64,000 bases of DNA from the human T2T-CHM13v2.0 reference genome, Homo sapiens: NCBI RefSeq assembly GCF_009914755.1, contig NC_060925.1, one strand, 5' to 3'. Positions 43,156 through 58,399 of the stretch are shown piece after piece. Each line of letters begins with the position of its first letter. Position 1 is the stretch's first letter. The position numbers were made by a program, and so were the translations under genes. The notes beneath the pieces were generated by a model, which had not been told where the DNA came from, searched no databases, and worked only from the letters and a program-made list of their open reading frames with translations.

Positions 43156-44148
43156 TAAGTTTCTTGAGAATAGTGTAGGGTTTTTTATTCACCCTTTTTC
43201 CATTATGGTGTTTTGCATATGGTAAAATTCTAAAGTATTCTGAATTAAATTGAGCTAAACCAAACCTGGATGAAACTAAAGAAAATCGTTTCTCCCCTTT
43301 CTTATTAGAGGAGGCACTTTGTTACAACAGAGGATATATGTGGATAAGTGTACCCAGGAATATGTAACAATGTTGAGACATCTACAAATCTGATTCAGAA
43401 TTAAACAAAGGCCAATGAAGTTTCTACACTGTTTTCTGGCTTCTAATTAAACATTTTTTTCATATCACAATAATATAAATATTTTAAAGTACTCCAGGCA
43501 GTTCTCCTTCAGTATTCCCAGGATGTCATTAAGCCTATTCACCCTGCAACAGCTGCAAGTTATTCCAAACATTTGTACTGAATCTTTACACTCTACAAGC
43601 CCATTTGAAATCAACTGTGTCACCCTATTAACAGCTTCAGTAATTCTCTATTACTTTTCTAACCAAGAGTTAGGGAGAAATAAGTCTAGTATATCAGAAT
43701 GAAGAATCCTGAAAATTGCTTTTCAAAACCGATTCTCTGTGGTCACGAACATAATGTTTTTATTTACCCTTCCAGATTTTGGTACTTAAAAAGTTAGTTT
43801 CTTAAATGTGTAAAATTTAGATCATTTGATAAATGATTAAAAAGAATTTCCCTTAAGTTTATTAAGTCTTATTTGGTAGTAAATATAAAAGACAAAACAT
43901 TCCATGTAAAAATTATTTCATACATTTTAAACAGTTTAAATAAAGTAAGTGTAGTCAACTCAAAACTCCACTGCCTTATTCCTCTGGGTCTTGCATATTT
44001 ATTGGTGGAAATTTTTCTCTGCTATTTTTTTACATTTTACATTGTGGGATAGGCACAGAGTTATTGAACCTATGACCTATATATTCCACAGCTTACTTCA
44101 ATGCTTCTATTAGGCACCCGTCCAGAGTTGAAGAAACGTCTCAGATCA

Positions 44149-44620
44149 CAGCAGGTTCTCAAAAAATGTCATTTTGTTTAGCTTCATTTCAATATAACAT
44201 TGATGAGAAAAAAAATCAGTTCCCAGCTGGGACCACTGTCTGTGTGGAATTTTCACGTTTTCTCCATGTGTCTGCACAGGTTTTCTCCAGTTTCCTCCCA
44301 CATCCTTATAACTTTTGCTTCACAAACATTTATTGACTTAACTTACATCACTACGACCACCATCACTTACTGATTCACCAAAAATTGCATAAATTATCTT
44401 ACTTGTTTTTATTAGTTTTTATTAAATGTATAGCTCACATTTATTTCAATATTTAATATTAGAAGTGCTTGGGGTCTTTATTTAGAAGTTTGGTGATGTT
44501 TTTATAGCCAGAAATATGCTGTAGGAACGTAACTCTCATTTATATCAATTAGGCTATCATAAAACTGGTTTCCTTTATGTCATTTCGCTTAAAGAATTTA
44601 TGGACGACGTGAGGAATAGT
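44149..44620. mobile_element. MER6-like Tigger element
   Basis: cagcaggttctc...ccactgtctgtgtggaattt.cacgtt.tctccatgt...ttcctcccacatcc and tttatttagaagtttggtgatgtttt. Confidence 0.7.
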
Positions 44621-45424
44621 ACTCAACTTTTGCTTATAAATAATTAACAGATGGCATGAAAAATAATTAACAGATGACATGAAAAGAGACCTCTTAGGAA
44701 GCAATTTTTACGAGCCTGCTGAACTGGGAGTTAACATTTTCAATAAGAAGCCATTAAGTCAAATATAATCTTTTGCATTTAAACTCTACATCATTATATT
44801 ACTAGAAGTCTAAAAACCAAACAGTATGGTAGGAAGAATAAAATGTTACTTATGAATATAATTTCTGATTATACTTTTAGAAAGAGGATTAAAAGTATTG
44901 ACAACAAATGAAGTCAGAATAGCTTGATTAAAGTAGTTTATTTAAAGTATCTCCTTAATGTTATAGTGTATGCTAATTATTTGCTTTGCATATGTACACA
45001 TCATGACATACATTTATGCATTAGCTGAGACATGTTCATTCTGTAAGTTTTGTACAAAACTAATGATCTTCAGTTACACAAGAACATTTAAAAGTTTTAC
45101 ATTTGAAATAGATAATTAAGCAATGCTGTGTGAAACTGAAAAATGAAAACTTTGATTAAAAAAAGTATTTTCAAATATAGGATAGTACATGTATATGAGA
45201 ATACTTTTTTGGGTATAATCTTAGTAACATCATTATGGTGTTATGTAAACATATGACATATGACATATAAAATTATAGTAGATAGATCACTGTGTTACCC
45301 ACTTACACATTCTTCTGTCGTATTAAGCAACAAACATTATTCTTATCTATAATAAAGCAGATATTTCTGTCTGTCATACATATGAAATATTTGTATGTAT
45401 TTATTGGAAGTAATTTTTAAGGCT

Positions 45425-45675
45425 ATTCTTTTTTTATAATTTCAACTTTTATTTTAGATTTGGGGTAGATGTGCAGATTTGTTACATTGGCATATTGGGT
45501 GATGCTGAGGTTTAGGGTATGAATGATCCCATCACCCAATAATGAGTATAGTACCCAACCAGTTAGTTTTTCAACCCTTGAGTAGACATTGCTCCAAAGG
45601 AAGATATACAAATGGCCAATAGCACATAAAAATGTGCTCAATATCATTAGCCATTAGTAGAAATAAAAATTAAGA
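45425..45675. mobile_element. L1 insertion: antisense 3' end (45425-45579) joined to a sense ORF2 fragment (45580-45675)
   Basis: ttcaacttttattttagatt...gatcccatcaccca...ttttcaaccctt, then agacatt.ctccaaaggaagatatacaaatggccaa...gctcaatatcattagccattag. Confidence 0.75.
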
Positions 45676-45689
45676 AATGTTTAAAATAT

Positions 45690-46870
45690 TTAATGTTTTA
45701 TTTGAAAAAAAAAACAATTAAAATTTTAAATAACATTTTTAATGGAAAATAATTATATCTCCCAAAGCAAAAAAAAAAAAAATTAGTGAGAAGAGTAGCA
45801 CTGTTTTACAGTTTTGCAGATTTTTAATATGTGATTTAATGGAAGATAACAAGATTCTTATATATTTCTGTATTCAGTCTGTTGCAATATATTGTTTTAG
45901 TTGAAATATATGAAGAAAATCTACCCTCATGCAGGTAAGTAGTTGCAAAGGGAAGGAGTACTTTAATAGCCTTTTCAAATAATTGTGAATTATTGTTTTG
46001 ATACTACATAAAAACTCAGCAAGTGGTAATTTCTTTAAAGATTAGTTGCACTATAGAATCTAAAGCCATATCAGTGATACTTTTACCCTCTGTAACATTA
46101 AAAATCCATTGATCTATCTTGCAGTTTGAATGGAACTTGTACCCATGCATGATTTTGTAACATCATTCACTGCTCATTTGGAAGATACTGGTTCACTAAG
46201 AGTTAGGCAGATCTTCTAAATATGAACATATTTCATTATACAATGTCAAAAAATCACATTCATTAATATCACCACGAATCACATCAAGAAGGTCATACTC
46301 ATGGTGGTAGATACATGGTTTCCGAAATTCGGATTTTCACTCAAAATCCCAAATTTTATAATTTGCAAATACTGTCAAGTATTTTCTTTGAAATATCAGG
46401 CTTACTGCATTTTTAAAAAGTGCTTAATGGGTTACCCTTGCCTGAATAACAATAATTCGCCATTATTTCAAGTAAAAGTGGTATTGAAAAAAGTGGGTTG
46501 TTCAGCTTGTAAATCATTCACCCAAGTGCTTTTTCTTGAGATAGCCATTATGCTTCAGTAGGCAGCAAAACAGTTTTTTATGTTCTTGCCCTTTCATCAC
46601 AGAGAATGTTAATAATTTTTACTGCTTCAACAAGGATATTCTAAACTGAAATTGGCTTTAAAATATTTTATTCATTTATTCATTTGTTGGCTGATTCATT
46701 GTTACTGTATGTGGCGGTGAAGAATACAGTGACTGCTAGACTAGCTTGGTGCCACTACATAGATTTATACTAAGGCCTAGCAGTTTGGCTTTGCTTTTTC
46801 ACCAACAGAGTAAATTTCAACAAAGTGCAAAAAGGCTTGAAAATAGTTTGACCTGAAAGGGTCTTAGAGA
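45690..46870. mobile_element. hAT-Charlie (Charlie1-like) fossil, second copy
   Basis: Colinear with 19.3-20.4 kb (tatatgaagaaaat, ttaaaaatccattg, atactggttcact, caagtaaaagtggt). Confidence 0.75.
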
Positions 46871-47879
46871 TTCTTGCCTCCTTAGGGAAAAAACTAGTTA
46901 AAAATCTATTATAATAGCTCTCCTTTAGCTAGTTTACATTATAAATCGTTTGTGGTTACCTACTATATGAAAGGTTGTAGTAGATCCTGGGGATTCACCA
47001 ATGAACAAAACAGATGAAAATGTCTGCTGTTATGGAGCTCATGGAGCTCATTTATAAAGGGTAACGATATATAATAGGTGTTAGAGAGAAAAGTAAAGCA
47101 GAGAAAGGAAAGGAGGTGTGTTTGGTGGGAATGTGTGTGTACAATTTAACTAAGGTGGCTAGGAAAGACCTCACTGAGAAATTGACATTTGAATGAAGAT
47201 CTGAAGTGGGGGCAGGTAAAGGTGTGTGCCTCTACAAAGGCCACAGCTGAGGCCGCCCTTCTTTATCTACCTCTTTTCATCTTTCCAACTTCCAGACCTT
47301 TTTTTTCTGCTGATAACTCATACCTTTTAATTAAACTTTAATTTAATTTAATTTAATTTAGTTTCTTCCAACTCTGCTCTCCACCACTTCCTTGCCCCTA
47401 GCACACACACAATTAATCAGCACTTACAAAAACAAAAATTTACCTCTTTACAAAAGGTACAGGGATAGAGTAGAGGCTTTGAATACTTGTGCTTCAATTA
47501 TTTTTCTCCTGTCATCTTTTATATTAAAGGAAATAAAATATAGGGGTGTCTCCTTTTCCTGGTTGAATTGGTAGAGAATATCTATGGCAGTTAGTGCTAA
47601 TGTTTATAAAAAGGAATAAACACAAGTGAGATCATGATGGAGAGAGACCAAATCAGTAGGGACCAAATTATAAAGAGATTTCATTTCTAGGCTAAAGAGT
47701 TTGGATTGGTCATGTGTGCCTGTCATCCTTTATTTCATTCAGTAGTGGAACAATGGCTCTCAACTATGTGGTTGAGGGAATAAACTTAAACAACAAATCT
47801 AAATTTCCTATATCAGTTGCATTTAACTGTTGCGTTTCCTCAGGGACTTCACTCTCCTCAAACTTTTTGGTCCCTTTTT

Positions 47880-48315
47880 TTAAAAAAAAAATTATTGAAC
47901 ACTTATAAGTGTTGAAATACTAACTTGTCTAATCTTTATAAACAATCGGTGCAATAGGTGTTGTTACTGTCCCTATTTTACTAAAGAGAAAATGAGGACA
48001 CAGATTAAGGAACTTGCTCTATATCCTACAGCTAGAAATTAAGTGATGGAAGCAGAATTCAAACCCAGGCAGTCTAGCTCCAGAGTCCATCCTTTTAATC
48101 TCTGTCTGTGCCACTCTGGCCAGTGTTTGTGAATGCAGAGTCCTGGAACTATCTGCATCAGAATCACCAGGGATACTTGTTACTAGTGAAAAATTCTGGC
48201 CCACCTCAGACTTACCATGTAAGAAATTGTTTTTCAAGAGTTGAGGAATGTGGGTATTTATATTATAAAATCCTGCAGGTGATTCTGATATGTATCTTTT
48301 GTTAAGAACTTCTGT
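47880..48315. mobile_element. MIR (antisense, to about 48115) followed by a MER5-like MITE
   Basis: gaattcaaacccaggcagtctagctccagagtcc, then tgcatcagaatcacc...caggtgattctgat. Confidence 0.65.
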
Positions 48316-48554
48316 TTTAGAAGGACCTACCATTGGCACTGTTTTTGCTTCTGATCCCAGCTTCCTATGATTAAATGCTTTCTGAAAGATACATAGTTAG
48401 TACAGAACTTAATACTATTATACTATTCTATACTATTTTACCCCAGTTTGACTTTTAAGCTGTTACCACCTGAAATTTAAATGAAATCCTTTTTAGAACA
48501 ATACTTGACCAAACAATTTAAAAATTGTATTTCCTACAAATGCATCATACCTTA

Positions 48555-48997
<443 letters not shown>

Positions 48998-50079
48998 CTA
49001 TGTGATATGAAAAGTGAACTCTTCTAGATTGTGGAACAGCTTTATATAGTATCATACCTCCATCTTTAACTAGGATTGCAGCTGGCAATAAAGCTCAGCT
49101 TCTAATGCGAGCAAGTGTTGAGTTTGGCTATTTTGTTAACCCAAGATCCTGAGAGAAAATTTGTTCACTGATGTACATAAAGCATATTATGGTTAAAATT
49201 TCTTATTCCACTTTGTAGTTTGCCTTGTTAAGACTAGTCTTTCCTAAAATGTGCTTTAGGGGCATTTTATAGTCCTCCATATTTCTTTATGTGACGCCAA
49301 CATCAAAATTGCTTTGAAAAGGATCAAGATCTGGAGTGAAGGCTGGAGGAATAGCTAGACACTGAGGCTCATGCAAGGAGAGTTAACTTTAGAAATATAT
49401 ATTACATGAAACCCCTTTTTTTCTCCCCTTCCAGAAATTTGTAGAATCATTGATATGAAAGAGTTGGCTAGTATATCTCCCTGTGTTCCCTTCCCACCCT
49501 GCTGTGCTATCCACACAAACACAAGTGGCATTTGAGGTAACTTTTGAGATTCTGCTGGGTTAAAAAAATATATATTTTTTGTCTCAACCCAATATGTTCC
49601 TTTTTTTCAACAAAAAGTATAATGATTCTCCTATATATCTATGTTTAGCTTTTTGCTAGAAGTGTTTCCTAATAACTTTTCTCAGGAAACTTGTTGACTC
49701 AATTTACTGTAGTCATAGAGCCTCCTACCTGACCCCCTGTGGTCTGCTTTGGTAACACACCTGTAGGAGGCAATGTAATCTTCAGGAAATTCACTTCCTA
49801 CCAGTAGTCCTGAGTAAAGTGAATTTTCTAAAATGAAACATCTTGTAAACATTATATATGACAAACTCCCAAATGGTTAAACTCTTTATGCATTTAGTGT
49901 TTGATCTTTTTCCTTAAGAAGACTTTTTTTTGGATTGCTGTCCTGTTGGCACTCAACAAATTACAATTGCTAATAAGTTTCAGAGGCCCTAACTTATTTT
50001 CCTAAATCATATACTTCCCAGTTTTTGAAAAGGCTCTCTATTATAGCTAACAAAGTTTTGAACTTTGATTAACTCAAGT

Positions 50080-50406
50080 GTTTTTGTTGTTGTTGTTTTG
50101 TTTTTTGTTTTTTGTTTTTTTTTGAGACGGAGTTTCGCCCTGTCGCCCAGGCTGGAGTGCAGTGGCAGCGATCTCGGCTCACTGCAAGCTCAGCCTCCCA
50201 GGTTCACGCCATTCTCCTGCCTCAGCCTCCTGAGTAGCTGGGACCACAGGCGCCTGCCACCACGCCTGGCTAATTTTTTTGTATTTTTATTAGAGACGGG
50301 GTTTCACCATGTTAGCCATGATGGTCTTGATCTCCTGACCTCATGATCCATCTGCCTCGGCCTCCGAAAGTGCTGGGATTATAGGCGTGAGCCACTGCGC
50401 CTGGCC
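50080..50406 (-). mobile_element. AluY
   Basis: ctgcaagctc and ttcacgccattctcc diagnostics. TSD aactcaagt. Confidence 0.93.
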
Positions 50407-53334
50407 AACTCAAGTTATTGAATGAAGTAATATGAAGCACATGGGCAGAGACTTCCTGGTCCTATACCTGTCCAAGGCATGTAACCAACATTTTGTTTAA
50501 GAGCTTTCCCTAGGGAGATCAATCCTGACCTGGTTTAGAAACATTTTTTCCTGAAACTCTCATGAAAAGAGAAGAATGATTTTGGATGCTACTGTCTTAT
50601 CGGAAAGTATTTACAAGAAACCATTTTGACCAAGAAACTCAAAATTAATTCTGGTTTTTAAAAAGAGAGGCATATATTACTCTTAGATTGAACCTTATGA
50701 AATTACTGATATTTGACTCACCAAAATGACAGTTTTTTATGGTCCAACCTAATACTTTTTGGTGTTAATAAAAGGGGAGGCAGGGTTAGTTGGGCAGTTT
50801 GTGGGGGACATCCTACAGAGTTTGACATGAAAAGTATATCTTAAATCAAAACTTGAATTTGTACTTATTAGGATTTCAAGCTCATTTTTCCTCTGGTGAC
50901 CTTGCCAGCATTATCAGATTTGTATTAAGTGTCAAAAGTTTCCTCTTGTCAAAGTGTAAACCTTGGCTCATTCTTGGGCCATCTGTTGTACACTAATAGT
51001 TTTGATTTATTCTTCTGGCTGACATGCGTATTAATGGTACAGATGCAAGCTTTATATTTCCTTTTATGGGTCTGTAGTTTTATTGCATACATTAGTGGCA
51101 CAAATACAGCATTCATATTAGCTATTTATATGAACTATTTCTAGTTTTGGGGTGACTAATATACTTTGCTTATGTTTTTACTATGCTGAGAAGCCCTGTA
51201 TCGTAGACATTTTAATAGACTTTAAATGATTACATTCTACTTAATTTTACCACCCCTAATTTTGTTTTTTGTAATTTTTATTTTCAGGATATGTCATGAT
51301 GTATGTCTGTATATTTTTATGATTTCAAATTCCCAAATTGCCATTGCTTTAATGAATGAGCACATTTGGTTTTTGATCAGGAATTACTATAACTACTAGA
51401 AAACAACACTAGTGCAAAATGTGAATTTAGATAAATAACTCTGAAAGGCCTACTTCTAGTTGATGCTTTGGCTCTGATTTTTGAGGGTTAATATGTTCTT
51501 CAACTTCTTTGACAGCTTGAAAGTTATGAAATAGAGTGATAGAAAACAAAAGCTCTCTAGGACAGGGACATAGGTTAGAGAAAATTTAATACAAAGCTGT
51601 TTTTGAAATAAGGCTAGGTGCTATTTTTATTTTTGATCTGCTTTTAACAGTTTCCTATATTGGAAAACCAAACCCATCTCTGGAATCCAGTGGATATGGG
51701 CCAAATATAAAATGTTAAGAGGCTGGTGTTACTATTGGTCTGCTATGCAAAACTTTTTCCCTAATAGAGGTCTGTGTTGATCTGTGTGAAAGCTGCTCAG
51801 TGTCACAAGTGCAGCCTGAGTTTCATTCATTTCTAGGGGAAATTATGATAGAAATAACATTCCTTTCTATTAAAGATAAAGGGCTCCAACCTTGAGCCAG
51901 AGTTTTCTAATACAGTAGAAGCCATCTTATCTATATAGTGGGTACTAGTAGATAGTCTGTTAATAAACAATACTGGCTAAAATAATTTTTTAAAAAGATA
52001 TGTATCTTTATTTCATTTGATTATATTAATGTGCACTCATTGGCTAGTTTTGTATGCAGGGCCAATTTCTTTTCTTTGAGTCCAAATCCACTCTTCAGAG
52101 TTCCATGTTGCCATTCTTGCATAAACTATACTCACAAATCAGCAACCATAATTTCCAGTCTTGGTTACAGTTACTGTATATTGGAATAAGAACTTAAAGG
52201 TACTTGTTAAGCAATCTGAGGGCAGACTATTATGATTTTTATGGTTGCTTTGCAAGGAGAGAACATTTTAAAACTTACCTTTATCTTTTTGCTCTCTTTT
52301 CACACTATTAGTTTATGTAATATTTTATTACACAATTATACTAATACAATTAATGAAAGTAGTCTTGAAAAAAGACACAACTCAACTAGTCGTGAATGTT
52401 CCCTGTGCTATGGGCACCAGTCAGTGAGTTTTATAGGGGGAATGGGAAGGGTCATTTAATCAGTCTGTACTCTACATAGATACGTAGAATCAACATTTGA
52501 TAACTCTCAGTAGGGCCTGAATTTTATTGTGAGTTACCATAATTAATTTCAGTGGAGCAAAATGTGGTCCTTTTCTTTTGATAAGCCAGTCTCCAATGCT
52601 TTTGTTTTCTTAAAAAGACAAGAAACGTAACTTTGAAGGCTGTGTTATACACTAATATTCTGTTGGTTTCTAACAAATTGCTTGGAAGAGGGAATTGGGA
52701 GAACTATATGAAAGTAGCATATTTTCTCATGCACAATATTGCACAACATTAGAAAACTGATGCTTTATTTTCATGGTGAAATGTTTTGATGTTTCTCCCC
52801 GCCCCCTCCCCTCCATGTTTCTCTAACTTTTTCTGGGAATAAGAGTAACAATACATTGATTATAATATTTGTCCACATGATTTCATTCCAGAGGAAATCC
52901 TATAGTATCTAAGCCCTACGGAAAGCCTCATAAAGACATTTCAGGAGTCCATTCGAAGATGTCTTAAAATTAATGACATTGTTTTGAGTGACAGTGCCGA
53001 AATATATTTCTTTCTATGGCAACATTCTTATTCTACTATCCTTTTTATTTTTAAGTAGTTTCATTTTTGTCACTGTTGGGTTATTTTAAACAATTTAATT
53101 GGAGGGAAAGAAATACAAATTCATCAAATTTTACCTCCAGAATTGAATTTCCTTCACTAGTTCCTTAATAAGTATTTAAGTAAAAGGGGGTGCAATATCA
53201 AGAAGACTAAATTATAAATATGGTTTCTATGCTGTTAAAAAATAACAGTCCTGTCCTTAATTAACCATTATGGAGATTCCTCTTGACCAAATACCTTTAG
53301 AACTGTTTCACAGATTTATAATTTAACTAGTAAT

Positions 53335-53822
53335 TTGGTTTAGGTTTAGGTTTAAGTGACAGAAAATCCAAAATAATAGTGGCTTAGATAAATTATAAGT
53401 TTATTTCTGTCTCATGTATAAGTTTCAGAGATCTAATGATAGCTACTTAATCATCGGGATCCCTGTCTCCTTCTGTCTTCTTGCTCCATAATCCTCAACT
53501 TGCAGCTTCTGTCTCATGGAACAAAGACGGCTACTCCAGCTCTGGCAGTCATATCTGCCTTCTAGCTAGCAAGAAGGAGAAAGGGAAGGAGGAGGGAAGC
53601 CTTCCACCATTACCACCTTGAAGAAGTTGCCATTTCTTCTTACAGTCCGTTGACCAGACCGTGTAGCCTTATTTGGTTGCAAAGGAGGCTAGGAAATATA
53701 GTCTTTATTCTGGGTGGCCTTGTGCCCAACTAAATATCACAAGTCCTGTTGCTATTTTAATGTTACAGAGGAAGGAGAGCATATATTGGGTAAGAAAAAA
53801 AAAAAGGCTGTTTCTGCCACAA
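53335..53822. mobile_element. MLT1-like MaLR LTR
   Basis: gtgacagaaaatccaaaataatagtggctta...gtttatttct and ttgcaaaggaggctaggaaatatagtcttt...ctgccaca. Confidence 0.65.
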
Positions 53823-53948
53823 TTCAGTTTCCCCAACAAAATAAAAACTTGGATTTATATTCTTTAAAAGAAAATATCCTCTGTAGCACAGTGCTGAATA
53901 CATGACAGGACACTGTGCTCAGTAAATTTTTTTTAAGTGAACAGTAAG

Positions 53949-54276
<328 letters not shown>

Positions 54277-56569
54277 TTACAGCTCCTTTGTTTCTGAAAA
54301 TGTGACTCACAGTACTAATGATCTGAAAAAGAGTAAGATGAACACAGAGAGAAAGTAATGATTCAGGATTCATTGTTGTGAGGTTCAAGAAACATTTATT
54401 TTGAGGAAGTGGAGGTAAATATTCAATGAAGTTAACTACATTGTCCCAGATATATAGATAAGATAGATAAAATGTATATATTATATAGACACTTATTTTT
54501 ATTATAAGATATGTACTGTTAGAGTTGGTAGTATACCAGCTTTGGTTCCCTGCAGTCTGATTTTTGGGCCTCTTGGTAAACAAGTACTTAAAAACTGTTA
54601 CCCCAGTTTGCAAACCTTTAATAATTAGAGACAAGGCAGGTTAACTGTAATAATTCGTATGCATGCAAGATATGATTCTTCTTTTTCATAAATCATACCT
54701 AGTTTTTAGCTTTCTGCTGCAAAAGTAACTAGTTTGTTAGAAATTTAGTGAAAAGAAAAAGTAGGAGACATTGTGTTCAGAAGATCATGTTTAAAAACAA
54801 CAATTAGTATGGCATCTGTATCTTAGCAGGAAACTCAGAATTAAGTCTGAGCCTGACCTTAACCCATGACCAGTGGAATCTAAGTTTGTTTATTTTTACA
54901 ATAGCCTTAATTTGGGGCTTGCAAGTTTTTTGGTTTGTTTTCACATTCAATTTAGAGACCCTGAAACAGTATTTTAATGATAGGAATTAAGCTATGTATA
55001 ACTTTCATGGCTTGAAGATCAGCAAATTCTGTTTTTTCTTGGTTATAATGTTATCTTAATCAGAAATGTGTGATCTTTGTGTCTAACAATGCACTTAAAA
55101 AAACAAAACAAAAAATTCCCTTGCTGCAATGCTGGAATTCTAACAGAATTTACTCATCTTCTCTCTCCTCCCCAATTTTTAAAAACATGTTCTCATGGAA
55201 ATGTTGCCTTGAATTACACAAAATACAAGCAGTTACTGGAAATGTTTTCTACACAGTTCTGTTCATGTATATCAATTTCAATTTGTTTTTCACTTTTTAG
55301 ATTTTTTTCTTAGTTTTGCTGATAATCACACTTCATAATCATATCAACTTTGAACTTTGAAGTTGTGTTGAATTTTTATTGCTCTCAGCTGTATCAGATC
55401 CTACTTTTTGATGAGTTATTTCATATAGTAAGTTTGTTGAATGAATGGTGAAACAATGAACACAGGAACAAGAAAAGAAAGCAAAATGCATCAAACTTAG
55501 GTTTAGTTTTATCTCCAGTTTAACCATGCTCCCTTAAATGGAAATGCTAATATACTTCTTTTTTTCTTTTTTCTGTAACAGTTCATATGTTTTTGCTAGG
55601 AAGAAGAGGAGTTACTGAAAACAGTAGTTAATATCAAAGTCATAAGTCATTTATAATCAGCCTTAGAATGCCTACAGATGTATATACATTTTTCAAAACA
55701 CTTATACTCTGCCTTTTCTGAAGCCAAGCTTCTCTTGGCTTATTCTTACTTTTAGTACTTGTGTGCTGGAAATTAGAAACCTCAGATGCCCTGCACAGTG
55801 TAGGACTATACAATTGTGCTAGGCATGTATTTATAATTCTTTAACTCTTCTACCAAACTGTGTGCTTTTTAAGGGCAAAAACTGTACAACTTCTTTAGCA
55901 TGCACCTGTCACTTGCAAATAAATGTCTAATTCTGTGGTCCCTTCAAAGGGAGAAGAGGAGGCTAAGCAGGCAAGGCTCTAGGCCTTGGCCCTGCTTCAG
56001 TCAGAATCTTTCTTGTACATGTTGATAATTTCTTTCTTCTACAGATAGAAAATTCCTGGGATAAGAATTTTGATGGGAAAAAGAGTTTATTGCCTTTAAA
56101 AAAAAAGTTTGAGAATGACTGTTTAGGGGAGATACTCTCAGTATCTTGTGACATTATCTAGTCTAGCCCCCATCATTTTACAGGACTGGAAACTGAAACA
56201 CAGAAAGGATACGTAGTCTTGTCCAGATTATACAGCTATTTAGTGGCAGAATTAGAATTAAAATCCCTTGTCTTGACTGCTTGACCAGTATTCTTTATAG
56301 TGGTGCTACAGCATATGTGTTGTAAAAACCTAGGAGTTTTCCAAGATCACTGCATAGTGCCTGACAACGGTAGACACTCTGTAAATGTGTATTACATTAA
56401 TGAATGAATGATTCTAAGCTGGTTTGTAGTTAATTAAGCCAACTTCAAATAAAAACTATAATTTTTCATCATCCCAACGAAATATTGACCTCTTAGAAGC
56501 CCTGAATTTGGCCTGTTCTAGGACTAAGCCAATTGTTATATATAACAGATTGTTCTTTGTTAATTTTAG

Positions 56570-56668
<99 letters not shown>

Positions 56669-58399
56669 TGATGTATGAACAATATGAGATTTCTTTGTTT
56701 AACCAGGATTCTCTTCATTAGTTCAAAGACATTTAAAATGTTCAGTTAAATGAGTATATATCCGTACATTATTTCTGAAACATTTTTCCACTGTTTTATT
56801 ATTTTTAAGATCCATTATTCTTTTAAAAAAAATTACTACATCCCTAAAAGAAAAAGTAGCTTTCTTTTACTTACAAAATTGGAAAAGCTAGCATCTTGAC
56901 TGCTCTACAGACTTGCATCTGCGACCCTTCTAGTCATAAATGTAGTGTAAGAAGCCCCTGCTGTGTTCTGACAGTGAATTTGTAAATTAGATTTTTGGAA
57001 CTCAAAGCAGTTTCCTGTGTTACCTAAATGTTGATATCATCCTAGACCATGCCACAGAAGCCTGTTTATGTTTAATTGATAATACTGATGAGTTTGACAC
57101 TGATAGTATTACTATTGCATTTTGTTATATTACTAGCCCTGGACATTAAACAAAATACAAATAATAATATAATGCACAGATGTTAAGGCATAATATACCT
57201 GCTTATAGTTTAGAAGAAAAAAAAAGACAAGCACAAAAATCACTGTACTCCAAAGAGAAAGTCACGTAAGTAATATGTGAGGTACTAAGAAATCTAGTGA
57301 AAAGAGATTACTTTCAGCTTGATTCTTCATGGAGAAGTGAAATAACTCACTCCCATTACCAGTTGTGGATTATAAATGAGCACAGTGTATGTTATTGACT
57401 AATTGCTTTCTCTGACACATTATATTGAAAATCGGAGAGTTGGCCATCTTTTTCAAGTTTGTGTATCTCACATAATGTAGGTACTAGTAAATTTTCTGTC
57501 TGGTAGCAAAAACCTCAGTATATGAAGAAGATGGAAACGAAAAGCCCTTTGAACTAACCTGCAGTCGAACCAGTTCACATTTTGATTGATAAATATAATT
57601 AAACCTTCAAATACAATTATAAAACAAAACACTAGAATTTTGGGGGGATTCCAGATAAGTTTCAATAAAATTTAGTCTTTAGGGGAAAAGTGGTATTCAT
57701 CATACATTTTAAGACCATAGAGGACCTTAGAATTTCATGATCTGTATATAGACAGCTTATTAGAAATGCTTAGGAAGTAACTTCATAGACATAAACATAA
57801 ATGGGCTTTTTGTTAAAGCATAAAAATTACAATATTTACTTAGCCTTACAAAGACATTCAGAATAAGTTTAAGAAAAACAGTAACATTGAGAAGAACATC
57901 TCTTTCTTCAGTAAAGACATACCTTTGAAGTTACTCATGGAATAATCATTTACTACCTGAAGAAGAATATATTCCAAAGTGCATTTTATTACATTCCAAA
58001 GAATGTATTTAGGAAGTCTCACTTATACTCAATCTATAGGTACCTAAGTTTCTCTGCCTAAACTAGAATAGACCAAAGGGTCAGCTTATGCTCAGAAAGG
58101 CTATTTTCTAAGCTTTATCAAGGCAGAATTCACTTAATTTTGTTCTTCTGATATTGGGTTCTTATGCAAGAGAATGCCTGGTCTTATTTTGTAACAGTGA
58201 GCTATCTTTATATTAAGCCAAAACCAACAAGATGCTGTTTGACTATGTTTATCTTGGCCAGGTGACTGATTTTTGAAGAGGAGCCTTTCATGGATTTGGA
58301 AAAATCCAGTCATTAGAGGATCATTGTCTTTTTAATCTGTTTCAGACTCTTTGTAAATAGTCTTTTTAAAAACTTCCCTTTTTAGGATAAGTCCTATTA

